Positions 9,158-18,549 of a DNA stretch of 64,000 nucleotides are shown one piece after another. Below the pieces are notes generated by a model. That model searched no databases. It saw only the letters and a list, made by a program, of their open reading frames with translations, and was not told where the DNA came from. Source of the DNA: a virus; IMG/VR virus record IMGVR_UViG_3300047547_000167, positions 1-64,000 of that record; one strand, given 5' to 3'. Numbering within the stretch: the first letter of the stretch is position 1; each line of letters starts with the position of its first letter. The position numbers were made by a program, and so were the translations under genes.

Positions 9158-9502
9158 TCACGACAGGCTGCCGCGTGGAGCGCGAGCGTATGGGCCACCG
9201 GGTTGCAGCGGAGCCACGGCGTGCCAGACATCCATGTAGGCGTCGTGCAGCTTGCGGTCCTTGGTTGAGCCTTTGAAGTTCGAGTAACCAATACCCATGA
9301 TCCGGGCGGAAACAGCATCAGCAATCACGGTGCGTTTGATTGCGGCGCGATAGCGGTAGTCCGTGCCGAAGCTCTCGACAACGGTGACGCCGGGAAACAC
9401 CCGCTCAATGTCACCGGGACGGCGAGCGCGAACAAGCAGCTCGTCGTGCTCGCACTCTTTGTCAACAATTGAAAGAAAGGCGTCGTTGAAACAGGCCCAC
9501 AT
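9158..9502 (-). CDS. conserved-looking phage hypothetical protein
   Basis: AGGAG RBS; MWACFNDAFLSIV...LLVRAR...DYRYRA...YSNFK; start corrected from ORF track. Confidence 0.75.
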   Translation of the reverse strand: MWACFNDAFLSIVDKECEHDELLVRARRPGDIERVFPGVTVVESFGTDYRYRAAIKRTVIADAVSARIMGIGYSNFKGSTKDRKLHDAYMDVWHAVAPLQPGGPYARAPRGSLS

Positions 9503-9531
9503 GAGAACACTCCTAAAAAATTGGTGAGGCA

Positions 9532-9554
9532 ATGTTACCTCAACAATTTTGCGG
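9532..9554 (-). promoter_or_regulatory. 17-bp operator + TAACAT -10
   Basis: CCGCAAAATTGTTGAGG-TAACAT on minus strand. Confidence 0.65.
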
Positions 9555-9566
9555 CGCGTTGCTTTC

Positions 9567-10376
9567 TCAGAACAATTTTTTACTGCCGGTCCACTTCGCC
9601 TGCGCAGGCGGCTCGGGCTTCTTCGGGGCCGGGCCAGCGCCGATGGCCTCGGCCACTGGGTGGTCGGCCCAGCCGTTGAGCAGCTCGTACAAGTTTCCCT
9701 TGGGGCACAGGTGGACCGCTTGGGTTTCCCAACCTGAGTCCGTGGGGTCGCCGCCAACGCGCACGGCGCGGTACATGCGGGCCTTTGACGTGGTGCGGTC
9801 GAAGTCCCCAATGAAGCCGGTGATCCGCACGCGGAGCCCGGTCTCTTCAAAGGCCTCCTTGATTGCGTTCGCCTGCAAGCTGAGCCCCTTCTCCGCCGTG
9901 CCCTTGGGCAGCGTGGCGTGGTAGCCCCCGAAGGCGTTGGTCGGCGCGCAGAGCCACACGCGGCCGTCCGGCTCTTCCACCACCACACCAGCACCGACGG
10001 ACTTGCCCGGGGCCACGTGGAACGCGGGCTCTTCGAGGTCTTCCGCGATGCCGTCGCAGTAATCCCACCCCTCCGCCGTGGTCGGCGCATCGCGCCAGCG
10101 GCGGAACGGCACGCCGTTCAACTCGCGCGGCACGTCGCCACCAGGCACGAACGTGGCCACGGCGTCGGGGTTGTCCCAGGTGGACTCGGCCGACGGATGG
10201 TGGGGGGCCTTGACCAGCACGGCCTCGCCCTTTTCGCCTGGCTTCGGGTGGTGGTGCGGCGGCAGCGGCTCGTGGCCATTGCGGTCATACGGGCGGACGT
10301 AGTGCTGCCCGCGCATGTGGCCCTTGACGTGGGCCTTGGCGAGATCGTCGCCGAACTCCAGCACGGCGTCAGTCAT
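9567..10376 (-). CDS. Nudix hydrolase with N-terminal LAKAHV extension
   Basis: Nudix box PKGTAEKGLSLQANAIKEAFEETGL; start at MTDAVLEF overlaps upstream stop. Confidence 0.85.
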   Translation of the reverse strand: MTDAVLEFGDDLAKAHVKGHMRGQHYVRPYDRNGHEPLPPHHHPKPGEKGEAVLVKAPHHPSAESTWDNPDAVATFVPGGDVPRELNGVPFRRWRDAPTTAEGWDYCDGIAEDLEEPAFHVAPGKSVGAGVVVEEPDGRVWLCAPTNAFGGYHATLPKGTAEKGLSLQANAIKEAFEETGLRVRITGFIGDFDRTTSKARMYRAVRVGGDPTDSGWETQAVHLCPKGNLYELLNGWADHPVAEAIGAGPAPKKPEPPAQAKWTGSKKLF

Positions 10377-10869
10377 TACCAACCACCCCCACCAGTGCCA
10401 TGGAGATCGACCGCACTGCCGCCACCAGGGTCTGCTGCGCTTCCTCTTCTGGCGCGCCAGCGGACACCTCGCGCAACAGGTCATAGACCGAGTGCACGAA
10501 CACCGCGAATGCCTGGGCCACAAGCTGAACGTCGTCATCCTCCGGCACCAGCTCGCGCTCCATGCGGTTGCGTAGGTGGTCGGCCAGCGGCTTACCCGTC
10601 CAGTTGCGCACGGGCGCATAGGCTGGGTCTGCACCAGTGAACACCCCGGCAAGCGCCAGGCACTGCGCCTGGTCGGCGGCAGCGGCATCGCTGGGTGTGA
10701 GCACGCCGTGCCCCACCTCGTCAAACCGCGTGATCACCTCGGAGGCGAACTGGCGCACGATGCGCTCGACCGCCTGAATGTCGCCCAGGAACGGGCGGCC
10801 ATCGGTGGCGGCCTTCAGGGATTCCAGAAGGCCGGACGGGTCGGTGTGGCGGTCAAGTTTGTCGGTCAT
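10369..10869 (-). CDS. hypothetical helical protein between ART and Nudix genes
   Basis: 166 aa, tightly coupled to both neighbours. Confidence 0.75.
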   Translation of the reverse strand: MTDKLDRHTDPSGLLESLKAATDGRPFLGDIQAVERIVRQFASEVITRFDEVGHGVLTPSDAAAADQAQCLALAGVFTGADPAYAPVRNWTGKPLADHLRNRMERELVPEDDDVQLVAQAFAVFVHSVYDLLREVSAGAPEEEAQQTLVAAVRSISMALVGVVGND

Positions 10870-10873
10870 GGTT

Positions 10874-13800
10874 TTATTCCGTTGGCAGGATGATAGCCTC
10901 GATCACATGGGCCTGGCCATGCGCGCCGAAGCCGTCGGCGTCTTTTCCGCCGCTGCGGACAGACATGACCAGCAGGCGGGTACCAGGAGGCAGGATCATC
11001 TCATCCTCACCGGACTTACTGGAAAGCGCACCGCCGCCAGGAAGCGAGTGGTGACCCACCCACAACCCCTTCACACCGGGACCGACGTGCAGCTTCAGCT
11101 GAACATTCTTCACCCACGACGACGGGCGAATTGATGTGGACATGATCGCTGGCTCTTGCAGAATCTTGCCCACCGAACCGAGAACGGCCTTCAAATTTTC
11201 CCCATGCAAACTCAGCTGACGAGAAAGGACCGTGCCCGGGGCAATGTCGTGCCCCAGCGTCTTCAGGGCCTCGCCGGCAGCCTTTGCCGCCCCCGTCGGG
11301 TTGCCGTCCCACAGTGAGCCGTTCATCGCGCCATACGAGCTGCCGGTGTACGACTTCACGGCCTGCTTTTGCGTGGCGGGCATCTTGGCAATCGCGGCCT
11401 GGGCCTGCTTGGCGTAGGTGTTCACAGACAGATTGCCGCCGCCCTCCGCATGCGTGATCTTCTCCGGTAGGCCCAACTCCGACAGCTTCACCACGCCAGG
11501 CTCGCCCAGCACGATGAACTTGCCCAGCTTCTGGGCGACCGTGCTGGAGGCTGGGCCGGTGAAGGCCGGATACGCCGCATTCAGCGAGTGCAGCGGGTGG
11601 CCGCCGTCAAACCTGAACTTCTTGGGCGGGTTGAGCTGGTAGTTGATCTCGTTGACGGCCTGCTGGGCGTAGCCCTTCACGTGCTGGCTCGGGTGCTCCA
11701 GCACGGGTTTCTCGCCTGTGACCTGCCCGGTGTCCTTGTCGTAGACCTTGGCCTTCAGGCCCTTGATGGCGTCCAGGTCGCCAGTCTTGGCGGCCGCGAA
11801 GATAGCCTGCACGGCCTCCTCGTTGGCCTTGTTGAGAAACTCCTTCGAGGACGGGCCCGAGCTGCCCTTGCCGCCCCAGTTGAGGAAGGAAGGCGGCGCG
11901 CTGATGTCCTCGGGCTTGAAGACCGGGGCCTTCTTCTTCTTGACGGCGGCGGGGAACCGTTTTGCCAGGTCAGCCTTGCGGGCGATCAGCGTGTCGGCCA
12001 GCTTCGCCTTGGCGGCGGCGTCGCCGGGGCCGTACTGGTTGACCATGGCCCGGATCGCCACGTCGCTGATGGCCAGCACCTTTGCCGCGCTGGCAGTCAG
12101 GTCGGCCGTGGTCATGCCCTTGAAGACAGACGCGGCCTGCGGGTTCTTGCCCGCATCCAGCAGGGTGTCCAGCTCGTCCACCTTGGAGCCAAACGGCTTC
12201 TTCTCGCCCTGGGCGCGGTATTCGAGCGAGCCACCGGCATCCACGCGGTGGGCCTTGCCGTCGGGGCCGATCTGCAGGTTGTCGTAGGACAGCCCGACCA
12301 CGTCCCAGTTGCCCAGCCAGGCATCGACCACGAAGCCGGACTGAGCGCCGTCGGCCTTGGCGAGCGCGCTGGCGCTGGCGGCCTTTTTGATGTCCACCCA
12401 CTTGGTGGCGATGGCGGTCTTGCCACCCTTGCTCACCAGCATGCAGTCCTGGGACGAGAGGCCCGCCAGGGCGTACAGCTTGGCCGCGAGCACCTCGGAC
12501 TTGGCCGCCTCGGCGTCGTCCGGCCACTTGCAGTACCACTCCTGGCCGCTGGGGTCTTTGAACTTGCCACCGGGGTTGGAGCCGCCCTGCCCTCCGGTCT
12601 GGGCCCAGTTGTCCATGGATGGCAGGCCGCCGGACGGGGTGGCCGGGGCTGCTGCGGGAGGCGGAACGGGGGCGGAGGCAGGTGTGGCGCCGCTGTCCCA
12701 CTGGCTGACGTCCACACCCATGGCCTGCGCCACGGCTTTGATGTGTTTCGCGGTCTTTGGAAGGCTAAACGACACGGCCTTGGCGTAAGCCTCCGCCATG
12801 CCGGGGCCGTCGCCCTTCTTGGCTGCGGCGGTGGCCAGCTTGCCCGCTCCGTTGGTGGAGAATTTGGTCTGGCCGGGAGTGATGGTCTGAATGGCGGTGC
12901 TGATGTCGATCAGGGTCGCCTTCTTGACCTTGGCTGGGGCGGCCTGCTCGACCTTCACCCAGTGCCCATTTTTGAACACCAGCATGCCGTCAGCGCCCTG
13001 CTTGGTGTCGCCTTCTTTCGGGCCAGCCTCGGCCGCCGCCAGCGCATCAATCGCGGCCTGCTGCGTTGGGAAGAACTGGCCGTGCAGCACGTCGGCCTTG
13101 GCCTCGTTGTGGGCGACGACGAACCACCCCAGGCCCGCAGCGTTTTTGTCCACCATTCCGCCGTCCGGGCCGGGCTTGGTGGCCACGCCATCGGGGGAGC
13201 CGCTCCAGCCTTCGGGGAGCTTCGGGCCGGCACCAGGCTTCTTGCCATCAGCCAGCGCGTGGGCGTGCTCCAGCGCGTCCGACTCCTTGCTGAACGACTT
13301 GATCGTGGGCAGGAACTCGCCGGAATCCACGTCCTTGACGACCACCGAAAACTTGGACCCTGGGGCCGACTTCGGCGTGGCGATGTGCACCTCGTAGCCA
13401 GCCTTGGCGTCCGACGACGGGATGACGTGCAAGACCTTGGAGGCCGGGGTGTCGTGCACCGCCAGAGGGTCGGCCTCGGCGGCGGGAGCCGCGTACCCAC
13501 TCCCCTCCCCCTTCGCGTGCGCCAGAGCAGCAGCATGCAGGTCGAGCAGCTTCTTCGAGTTGGGCGTCTTGCCGTGCCACATCTTCTTGGCCGGGTCGGG
13601 CATGCCTTCCAGCACGGAGACGTTGCCCGCGTGGCCATGGTCGATGATCTTCTGGCCGACGCCTTGGTACAGCGCCTGCACGCCCGTGGTGGTCTTGCCC
13701 TCTTGAAAGTCGGGCATGGTCAGGGGGCCAGTGGGGGTGGCGGCCTCGGGCTCGGGCTCCTTCGGTGCCAGGTGCTCTGGCAGCCCAGTGGGATGCGGGT

Positions 13801-14278
13801 CGGCGGGCTCGGCCACCTGGGCGGCGGCGTGGGTGCCCGGCTTCTGGCCGGGGGTGACGGTGTGCGCGGAGCCGTGGAGCCCGAGCAAGTGGTTGGCGAT
13901 TTTGGCGAGCTTCGCGCCATAGGTGTTCGTGCCGTATTGAGCCCCAACGATAGCCGTCACGTCACCCGCGTCAGACCAGGTGCGCAGCTTTTCCAGCGCC
14001 TTGTTGAAGACCGGCGCGTTCACATTCGAGTCCGGCAGCTTCAACGCGGCCCACTGCTCGTCCGAAAAATGCGCAGCGGCCTCGTGGTGCCCGGCGGATT
14101 TGGGGTGGGCTGCGACCGGTGCGCCCTTGGGGGCTGGTGCGTCGGGAGTGATTTTGTGCCAGCGCGGAGGGTTGCCGTACTTGGCATAGCCGCCCTTGTG
14201 CGCAATCGAGGTACCGGTGCCGGGCCCGGACTTGAGCAGCAGGACGAGGCGCGGTGTGGTGGCGGGCATGGTGTGCAT
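10874..14278 (-). CDS. polyvalent protein: PI3/4-kinase/HipA-like kinase domain + C-terminal R-S-E ADP-ribosyltransferase
   Basis: GGSNPGG..WYCK, SEVLAAKLY, DAWLGNWDVVG..DN, RVDAGGSL; YTGSSY..MNGSL, LSR, MSTS, EDEMILPPGTR. Confidence 0.8.
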   Translation of the reverse strand: MHTMPATTPRLVLLLKSGPGTGTSIAHKGGYAKYGNPPRWHKITPDAPAPKGAPVAAHPKSAGHHEAAAHFSDEQWAALKLPDSNVNAPVFNKALEKLRTWSDAGDVTAIVGAQYGTNTYGAKLAKIANHLLGLHGSAHTVTPGQKPGTHAAAQVAEPADPHPTGLPEHLAPKEPEPEAATPTGPLTMPDFQEGKTTTGVQALYQGVGQKIIDHGHAGNVSVLEGMPDPAKKMWHGKTPNSKKLLDLHAAALAHAKGEGSGYAAPAAEADPLAVHDTPASKVLHVIPSSDAKAGYEVHIATPKSAPGSKFSVVVKDVDSGEFLPTIKSFSKESDALEHAHALADGKKPGAGPKLPEGWSGSPDGVATKPGPDGGMVDKNAAGLGWFVVAHNEAKADVLHGQFFPTQQAAIDALAAAEAGPKEGDTKQGADGMLVFKNGHWVKVEQAAPAKVKKATLIDISTAIQTITPGQTKFSTNGAGKLATAAAKKGDGPGMAEAYAKAVSFSLPKTAKHIKAVAQAMGVDVSQWDSGATPASAPVPPPAAAPATPSGGLPSMDNWAQTGGQGGSNPGGKFKDPSGQEWYCKWPDDAEAAKSEVLAAKLYALAGLSSQDCMLVSKGGKTAIATKWVDIKKAASASALAKADGAQSGFVVDAWLGNWDVVGLSYDNLQIGPDGKAHRVDAGGSLEYRAQGEKKPFGSKVDELDTLLDAGKNPQAASVFKGMTTADLTASAAKVLAISDVAIRAMVNQYGPGDAAAKAKLADTLIARKADLAKRFPAAVKKKKAPVFKPEDISAPPSFLNWGGKGSSGPSSKEFLNKANEEAVQAIFAAAKTGDLDAIKGLKAKVYDKDTGQVTGEKPVLEHPSQHVKGYAQQAVNEINYQLNPPKKFRFDGGHPLHSLNAAYPAFTGPASSTVAQKLGKFIVLGEPGVVKLSELGLPEKITHAEGGGNLSVNTYAKQAQAAIAKMPATQKQAVKSYTGSSYGAMNGSLWDGNPTGAAKAAGEALKTLGHDIAPGTVLSRQLSLHGENLKAVLGSVGKILQEPAIMSTSIRPSSWVKNVQLKLHVGPGVKGLWVGHHSLPGGGALSSKSGEDEMILPPGTRLLVMSVRSGGKDADGFGAHGQAHVIEAIILPTE

Positions 14279-14284
14279 GCCCGA

Positions 14285-14300
14285 AGTTTGCCCTCACGAC
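14285..14300 (-). promoter_or_regulatory. putative late promoter GTCGTGA-GGG-CAAACT, 6 nt before ATG
   Basis: Motif family member. Confidence 0.65.
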
Positions 14301-14621
14301 TCACGCCACCGGCACGACCTTGCAGCTCTTCGCGCCGAATTGGACCTCCACGTCCATGGCGAACACGCCCGACAGGCGGATCGGCGCGCGCTTGATGGAC
14401 AGCGACTCGGCGTGCGTGAGCATGTCCACAGACCACTCGTACTCGGGCATTTTGCGCGCCAGGCGCTTCGCCATTTTCATGGCCATGCCCTCGGTGGGCC
14501 GGATGGTGTAGATCATCCGGCGGCCGGGGTCTTGCGTGGGGAAGCCCGGGATGACCACGAGGATGGTCGGGTACTTCTTCGGCGGCTTCTTTTCCTTGGC
14601 CGGGGCGGCGGTTTCAGCCAT
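14301..14621 (-). CDS. hypothetical protein
   Basis: GGAGG RBS before MAETAAPAKEKK. Confidence 0.65.
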   Translation of the reverse strand: MAETAAPAKEKKPPKKYPTILVVIPGFPTQDPGRRMIYTIRPTEGMAMKMAKRLARKMPEYEWSVDMLTHAESLSIKRAPIRLSGVFAMDVEVQFGAKSCKVVPVA

Positions 14622-14847
14622 GCGACCTCCCGAGGTTGTACCAGTGGGCGGCGTTGGCCGAGACGTGGCCACCGCAGGCCGAGCACCGCCACTTGGCACT
14701 GAGCCGGGTCGGGTCTTCGCACTCGAAGTCGTGGCGCGGGCACGCATTCAGCACGGCGTTGTTGGCCTTCACCTCGTCCCAGATTTCCAGCATGGTCGCC
14801 CGGCTCAGGCCGGTGGCCGCGCCGATAGCGTCGACGGAATCAGCCAT
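14614..14847 (-). CDS. small Cys/His protein
   Basis: GGAGG RBS; CPRH, CSAC. Confidence 0.6.
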   Translation of the reverse strand: MADSVDAIGAATGLSRATMLEIWDEVKANNAVLNACPRHDFECEDPTRLSAKWRCSACGGHVSANAAHWYNLGRSHG

Positions 14848-15037
14848 GCAGCGCCTCCCGAAGCGCCCGCTGTGCGCCCTGGACGCGAACAGCCAGCGCG
14901 AAACCCACGCCAGCCAACGCAACTCGCACGCAGGTCCAATGACTTAGGATCATCGGTCGGTCGCGGTCAGGCGCGGGCAGGCCACCAGGAGCGCAGCCAC
15001 ACGCCCCACAGTAGGTACAGGGCGAGCGGGGGCCACA

Positions 15038-15595
15038 TCAGACGAATGTCCCGGTAACCACGGAAAACCCAGCATCGCGCCAGCGGGCTGACTTGGCATC
15101 AAAGCCATCTGGCAACGGGGCGAATGCCGGGCCGCTAGAGCATCCTAGCCCAACGAACGGAAGCCAACCCAACTGATCCCCGTTCCACAAGCCAAACACC
15201 CGGACGCCATCCGCTGCGCATTCCATTTCGTACCACCCCATGTGCTCCGGAGTGTCGGTGTGCTCGCGCCACAGGCCTGGCTCAACAACCTCCAGCCCGG
15301 CCCCTTCGGCGAGCGCCTTCAGCGTTTCCATCGAGCAGCCATCGGTCAGTCGCTTGCCGTTTTCCACCGGCACCAGCATGGTGACGGCGCGCACCAGATC
15401 ACGGCGACCGGGACCATCCACAACGTCCACCGTGGTTTGAAATGGCCATTTCTCGCCATCGGTCGCACCCTCCAGAATCATGGTGGGCCGAAACACTTTG
15501 TCCGCCACGTCAGCAGTGAAGTTACCGCCGCCGATATGGCGCCAGCCGCCAAGGTACGCACCAACGGGCAAGGACATGGAAAGCAGCTTGCTCAT
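15038..15595 (-). CDS. hypothetical protein
   Basis: ATGA-coupled ORF, 185 aa. Confidence 0.6.
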   Translation of the reverse strand: MSKLLSMSLPVGAYLGGWRHIGGGNFTADVADKVFRPTMILEGATDGEKWPFQTTVDVVDGPGRRDLVRAVTMLVPVENGKRLTDGCSMETLKALAEGAGLEVVEPGLWREHTDTPEHMGWYEMECAADGVRVFGLWNGDQLGWLPFVGLGCSSGPAFAPLPDGFDAKSARWRDAGFSVVTGTFV

Positions 15596-15975
15596 TGCAC
15601 CACCTCCGAAGCCTTCACCATGCCCACCGACTCGCGGGCCTTGAGCACCTTGTCGGCGTCAGCCAGGCGCTCCAGCATGGCCATGGCCTCGGGGTCGCGC
15701 TGGGCGGCGGCGATCTCGACCGCGCGGGTCGCGGCGACGGCATCGAACACGAACGAGCAGTGGTGCGTGGCGGCGCCGAACGGGAAGGTCTCGGAGTCCC
15801 AGGCGACGGGCAGGCCCTCCACCTTCTGCTCGGCGTCGGCGGACATGCCAAGCAGCACCAGTGGAGGTAGGTCGGACACGAACTGGCCGTCACCCTTGTG
15901 GACGAAGACCTGCTGGCCGCCGGTGGGGGCGGACACCACAAGCGCGGCGCCCTTGGGCAGTGAAAACGAGAACAT
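15592..15975 (-). CDS. hypothetical protein
   Basis: AGGAG RBS; 127 aa. Confidence 0.65.
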   Translation of the reverse strand: MFSFSLPKGAALVVSAPTGGQQVFVHKGDGQFVSDLPPLVLLGMSADAEQKVEGLPVAWDSETFPFGAATHHCSFVFDAVAATRAVEIAAAQRDPEAMAMLERLADADKVLKARESVGMVKASEVVQ

Positions 15976-16017
15976 GGCGGCTCCTGAAAAAATTGATGAG
16001 GGCTCGATTCTACGCGG

Positions 16018-17451
16018 TCAGAACGGCTGGCCGTCGTCCTCGTCGGGGGTGGGCTCGGTGAGGTCGGCAGGGGCGCGCACCTCGCCGTCGCGGGGGAATG
16101 GCTCGCCGGTAACGGCATGCACAGCACGGCGGCCGGTCAGCATTTCCCAGCGGCGCACGGCCACGTCCACGAACTTGGCGTCCAGCTCGGTGACGCGCGC
16201 CACCAGGCCCATGCGGTCGGCGGCGATCATCGTGGTGCCGGACCCCGAGAACCAGTCGATCACCACGTCACCCGGGCGGCTCGACGGCTTCATCAGCTTC
16301 TCCCACAGGCCCACGGGCTTGGTGGTGGGGTGCAGCTCGGAGCGCGACGGCTTGTCGTGGTAGATGACCGAGCCGGGCACTTCCTCGATGGTCGCCTGGC
16401 CGTCCACCACCAGGACGGAATCGCCCACGGTGATGGCCCAGCGGCCGTCTTCCAGCTTGCGCACGGGACCGGACTCGCCCCACTCCACCACCGTGGTGCG
16501 CTTGCGGCCGCCGTACCAGCGGTGGGCAGCGCCGGGCTTCCACCCGTACAGGATGGGCTCGTGCTGCCACTGGTAGTCGGAGCGGCCCAGCACCAGGGAG
16601 TTCTTGCGCCAGATCAGGCAGCCGGACAGCTTGAAGCCAGCCGCACGGAAGGCGTCGCGGAAGTTGAGCCCCTCGGTGTCGGCGTGGGCCACGTAGATCG
16701 GCGCGCCGGGCTTCATGACGGCGAACATCGAGTCGTACCAGCCGCCCAGCATGCGGCGGAACTCGGCGTCGGCCATGTTGTCGTTTTTGATCGACCCGGC
16801 CAGCTTGGACTCGTAGGCCACGTTGTAAGGCGGGTCCGTGACGCACAGGTCCGCCATTTCGCCCTGCATGAGGGCATCGATCAGCTTGGCATCGGAGCAG
16901 TCGCCACACGCAATGCGGTGGGGCCCGCACACCCACACGTCACCCGCACGGGAGTGCGGCACGTCCGGCGTGGGGGGCACGGCATCGGGGTCGCCACCAC
17001 CCTCGGGGGGCTCAGGGTCAACCATGCCCTCAAACAGCTTCGCCAGGTCTTCCTCGGCGAAGCCCGTGTACAGCTCCAAGTCGATACCCATGGCGCGGAG
17101 GTCGTCAGTCTCCAGCTTCAGCATGTCCAGGTCCCAGGTCGCCATTTCGGCGAGCCTGTTGTCAGACACAACGAGCCCGCGACGGTCGACGTCCGACAGG
17201 TGCGAGAGGTCGATGCCCGGCACGCGGGACAGGCCCAGCTTTTTCGCGGCCATGATGCGGCCGTGACCAGCCAGGATGCCGCCGTCGGCCACCAGGATGG
17301 GGGTGGTCCAGCCAACGCGCTGGATGGTGCCGGCGAGCGCCTCGATTTGAGCCGGGCTGTGCTTGCGGGAGTTTCGGGCGTAGGGCAGCAGGGCCTCGAC
17401 CTCGAACATGCGGATTTCAGACGGCATCCGCACGCCTTCATCAGCCGCCAT
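16018..17451 (-). CDS. ParB-like N-domain + N4/N6 DNA methyltransferase
   Basis: PYARNSRKH, ILAGHGR, DNR; TDPPYNV, HPTTKPV, DWFSGSGTT. Confidence 0.9.
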   Translation of the reverse strand: MAADEGVRMPSEIRMFEVEALLPYARNSRKHSPAQIEALAGTIQRVGWTTPILVADGGILAGHGRIMAAKKLGLSRVPGIDLSHLSDVDRRGLVVSDNRLAEMATWDLDMLKLETDDLRAMGIDLELYTGFAEEDLAKLFEGMVDPEPPEGGGDPDAVPPTPDVPHSRAGDVWVCGPHRIACGDCSDAKLIDALMQGEMADLCVTDPPYNVAYESKLAGSIKNDNMADAEFRRMLGGWYDSMFAVMKPGAPIYVAHADTEGLNFRDAFRAAGFKLSGCLIWRKNSLVLGRSDYQWQHEPILYGWKPGAAHRWYGGRKRTTVVEWGESGPVRKLEDGRWAITVGDSVLVVDGQATIEEVPGSVIYHDKPSRSELHPTTKPVGLWEKLMKPSSRPGDVVIDWFSGSGTTMIAADRMGLVARVTELDAKFVDVAVRRWEMLTGRRAVHAVTGEPFPRDGEVRAPADLTEPTPDEDDGQPF

Positions 17452-18056
17452 CAGAACTCGCCCCCGTCGTCGGTACCGGTGGCCACGGCGGGCGCAGCAG
17501 CACCACGCTCGACCACAACGACGGTCTGGCCATCACCGGCGCGCGCGTCGTGGTTGATCCCGTAGGCACGGCACTCGCCCACCTGCACCAGGGTCAGGGT
17601 CTCGGCGGTGATCTTCGCCAGCTTGGCGCGCTCGAAGCCGCCAGCAATGTCGCCCTTGCCCGCCTGCTGCAGCGCCTCGTAAGCGACCTTGCGCGGGGCG
17701 GCCCACTCCTTGCGGTGGCGGTCCAGCACCTCGGCGCGGACATCGGTGGCGAACTCCTGGGCCACCTCACGGGAGGCCTCGGCGGCGGCGACTTCATCGG
17801 AAAGGGGTTTGCCCAGCTCTGACATGCGAACCTTGAATTTGTTGGCAAGCTCGCCAGCGCGAGCGGAAAGCCCGGCAGCGGGCCGGGTAGCGACGACCCA
17901 CTTGCCCTCGGACTTCCACGAGCGGATCAGCTTGTGATCCACGCCCACGGCAGCAGCCACGGTGTCGATGGTCGCGCCAGGCTGGCCCTCGAACAGCGCA
18001 CGGGCAGCAGCGCGGCGGCTGGCCATGTCCTCGACAAGTTTCTTTTTTACGGTCAT
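17451..18056 (-). CDS. putative terminase small subunit / HTH protein
   Basis: N-terminal HTH (TIDTVAAAVGVDHKLIRSWK), helical body; late promoter; adjacent to ParB-MTase. Confidence 0.55.
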   Translation of the reverse strand: MTVKKKLVEDMASRRAAARALFEGQPGATIDTVAAAVGVDHKLIRSWKSEGKWVVATRPAAGLSARAGELANKFKVRMSELGKPLSDEVAAAEASREVAQEFATDVRAEVLDRHRKEWAAPRKVAYEALQQAGKGDIAGGFERAKLAKITAETLTLVQVGECRAYGINHDARAGDGQTVVVVERGAAAPAVATGTDDGGEF

Positions 18057-18062
18057 GGGCTG

Positions 18063-18078
18063 ATCGTGCCGTCACGAC
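18063..18078 (-). promoter_or_regulatory. putative late promoter GTCGTGA-CGG-CACGAT, 6 nt before ATG
   Basis: Motif family member. Confidence 0.65.
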
Positions 18079-18196
18079 CAACACGCCAGACGGTGCGCCC
18101 GCGTCGCGCCCTTGGGGCAGGCAGAACGGGCGAAACCCACGCCCAGCAAGGCCCGGCGGGCACAGGCTCGGTGACTTGCAATCATTTCGACAACAA

Positions 18197-18221
18197 AAAG
18201 GCCCAGCGGTGGGGCTGGGCC
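18197..18221 (-). terminator. intrinsic terminator
   Basis: GGCCCAGC-CCCACC-GCTGGGCC-TTTTTG on minus strand. Confidence 0.6.
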
Positions 18222-18239
18222 AGTGAGGGAGGAACAACG

Positions 18240-18518
18240 TCAGCGCGCAGAGCACCACCATCGCCAGGTGCCCCGATTGCGCCAGAGCCAGCGCACGCCC
18301 CACAGGGCCGCGTCCAGCAGCAGGAGCGCGACGACACCGCCCGAGATGAGCAATGGCCCCGCCAGCAGCGCGAACAGCCACGGGCCATCCACGATGATCA
18401 GGTAGGCCAGCAGCGACAGCCACAGGGTGACGGCGTAGAGGCAGGCGATCAGGACGTGCACGGAAAGAACCCCAGCGGCGACGGCCCAGGGTAGGACGGC
18501 GGGCAGGCTCGGGCTCAT
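18240..18518 (-). CDS. small membrane protein
   Basis: Two or three hydrophobic helices. Confidence 0.6.
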   Translation of the reverse strand: MSPSLPAVLPWAVAAGVLSVHVLIACLYAVTLWLSLLAYLIIVDGPWLFALLAGPLLISGGVVALLLLDAALWGVRWLWRNRGTWRWWCSAR

Positions 18519-18549
18519 GGGAAGGCGGGAAAAGCCGGGACAGGCCGGG

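Noticed and set aside
11588-14395. 935-aa plus-strand ORF and other long antisense ORFs (e.g. 16117-17565, 6027-7289, 39897-41114)
   Set aside because: Shadow frames of high-GC genes that carry clear motifs on the opposite strand
16018-17451. Plasmid partition system or restriction-modification system
   Set aside because: The ParB-like domain is fused to an MTase in the common phage packaging-region form; no ParA or cognate restriction enzyme is adjacent
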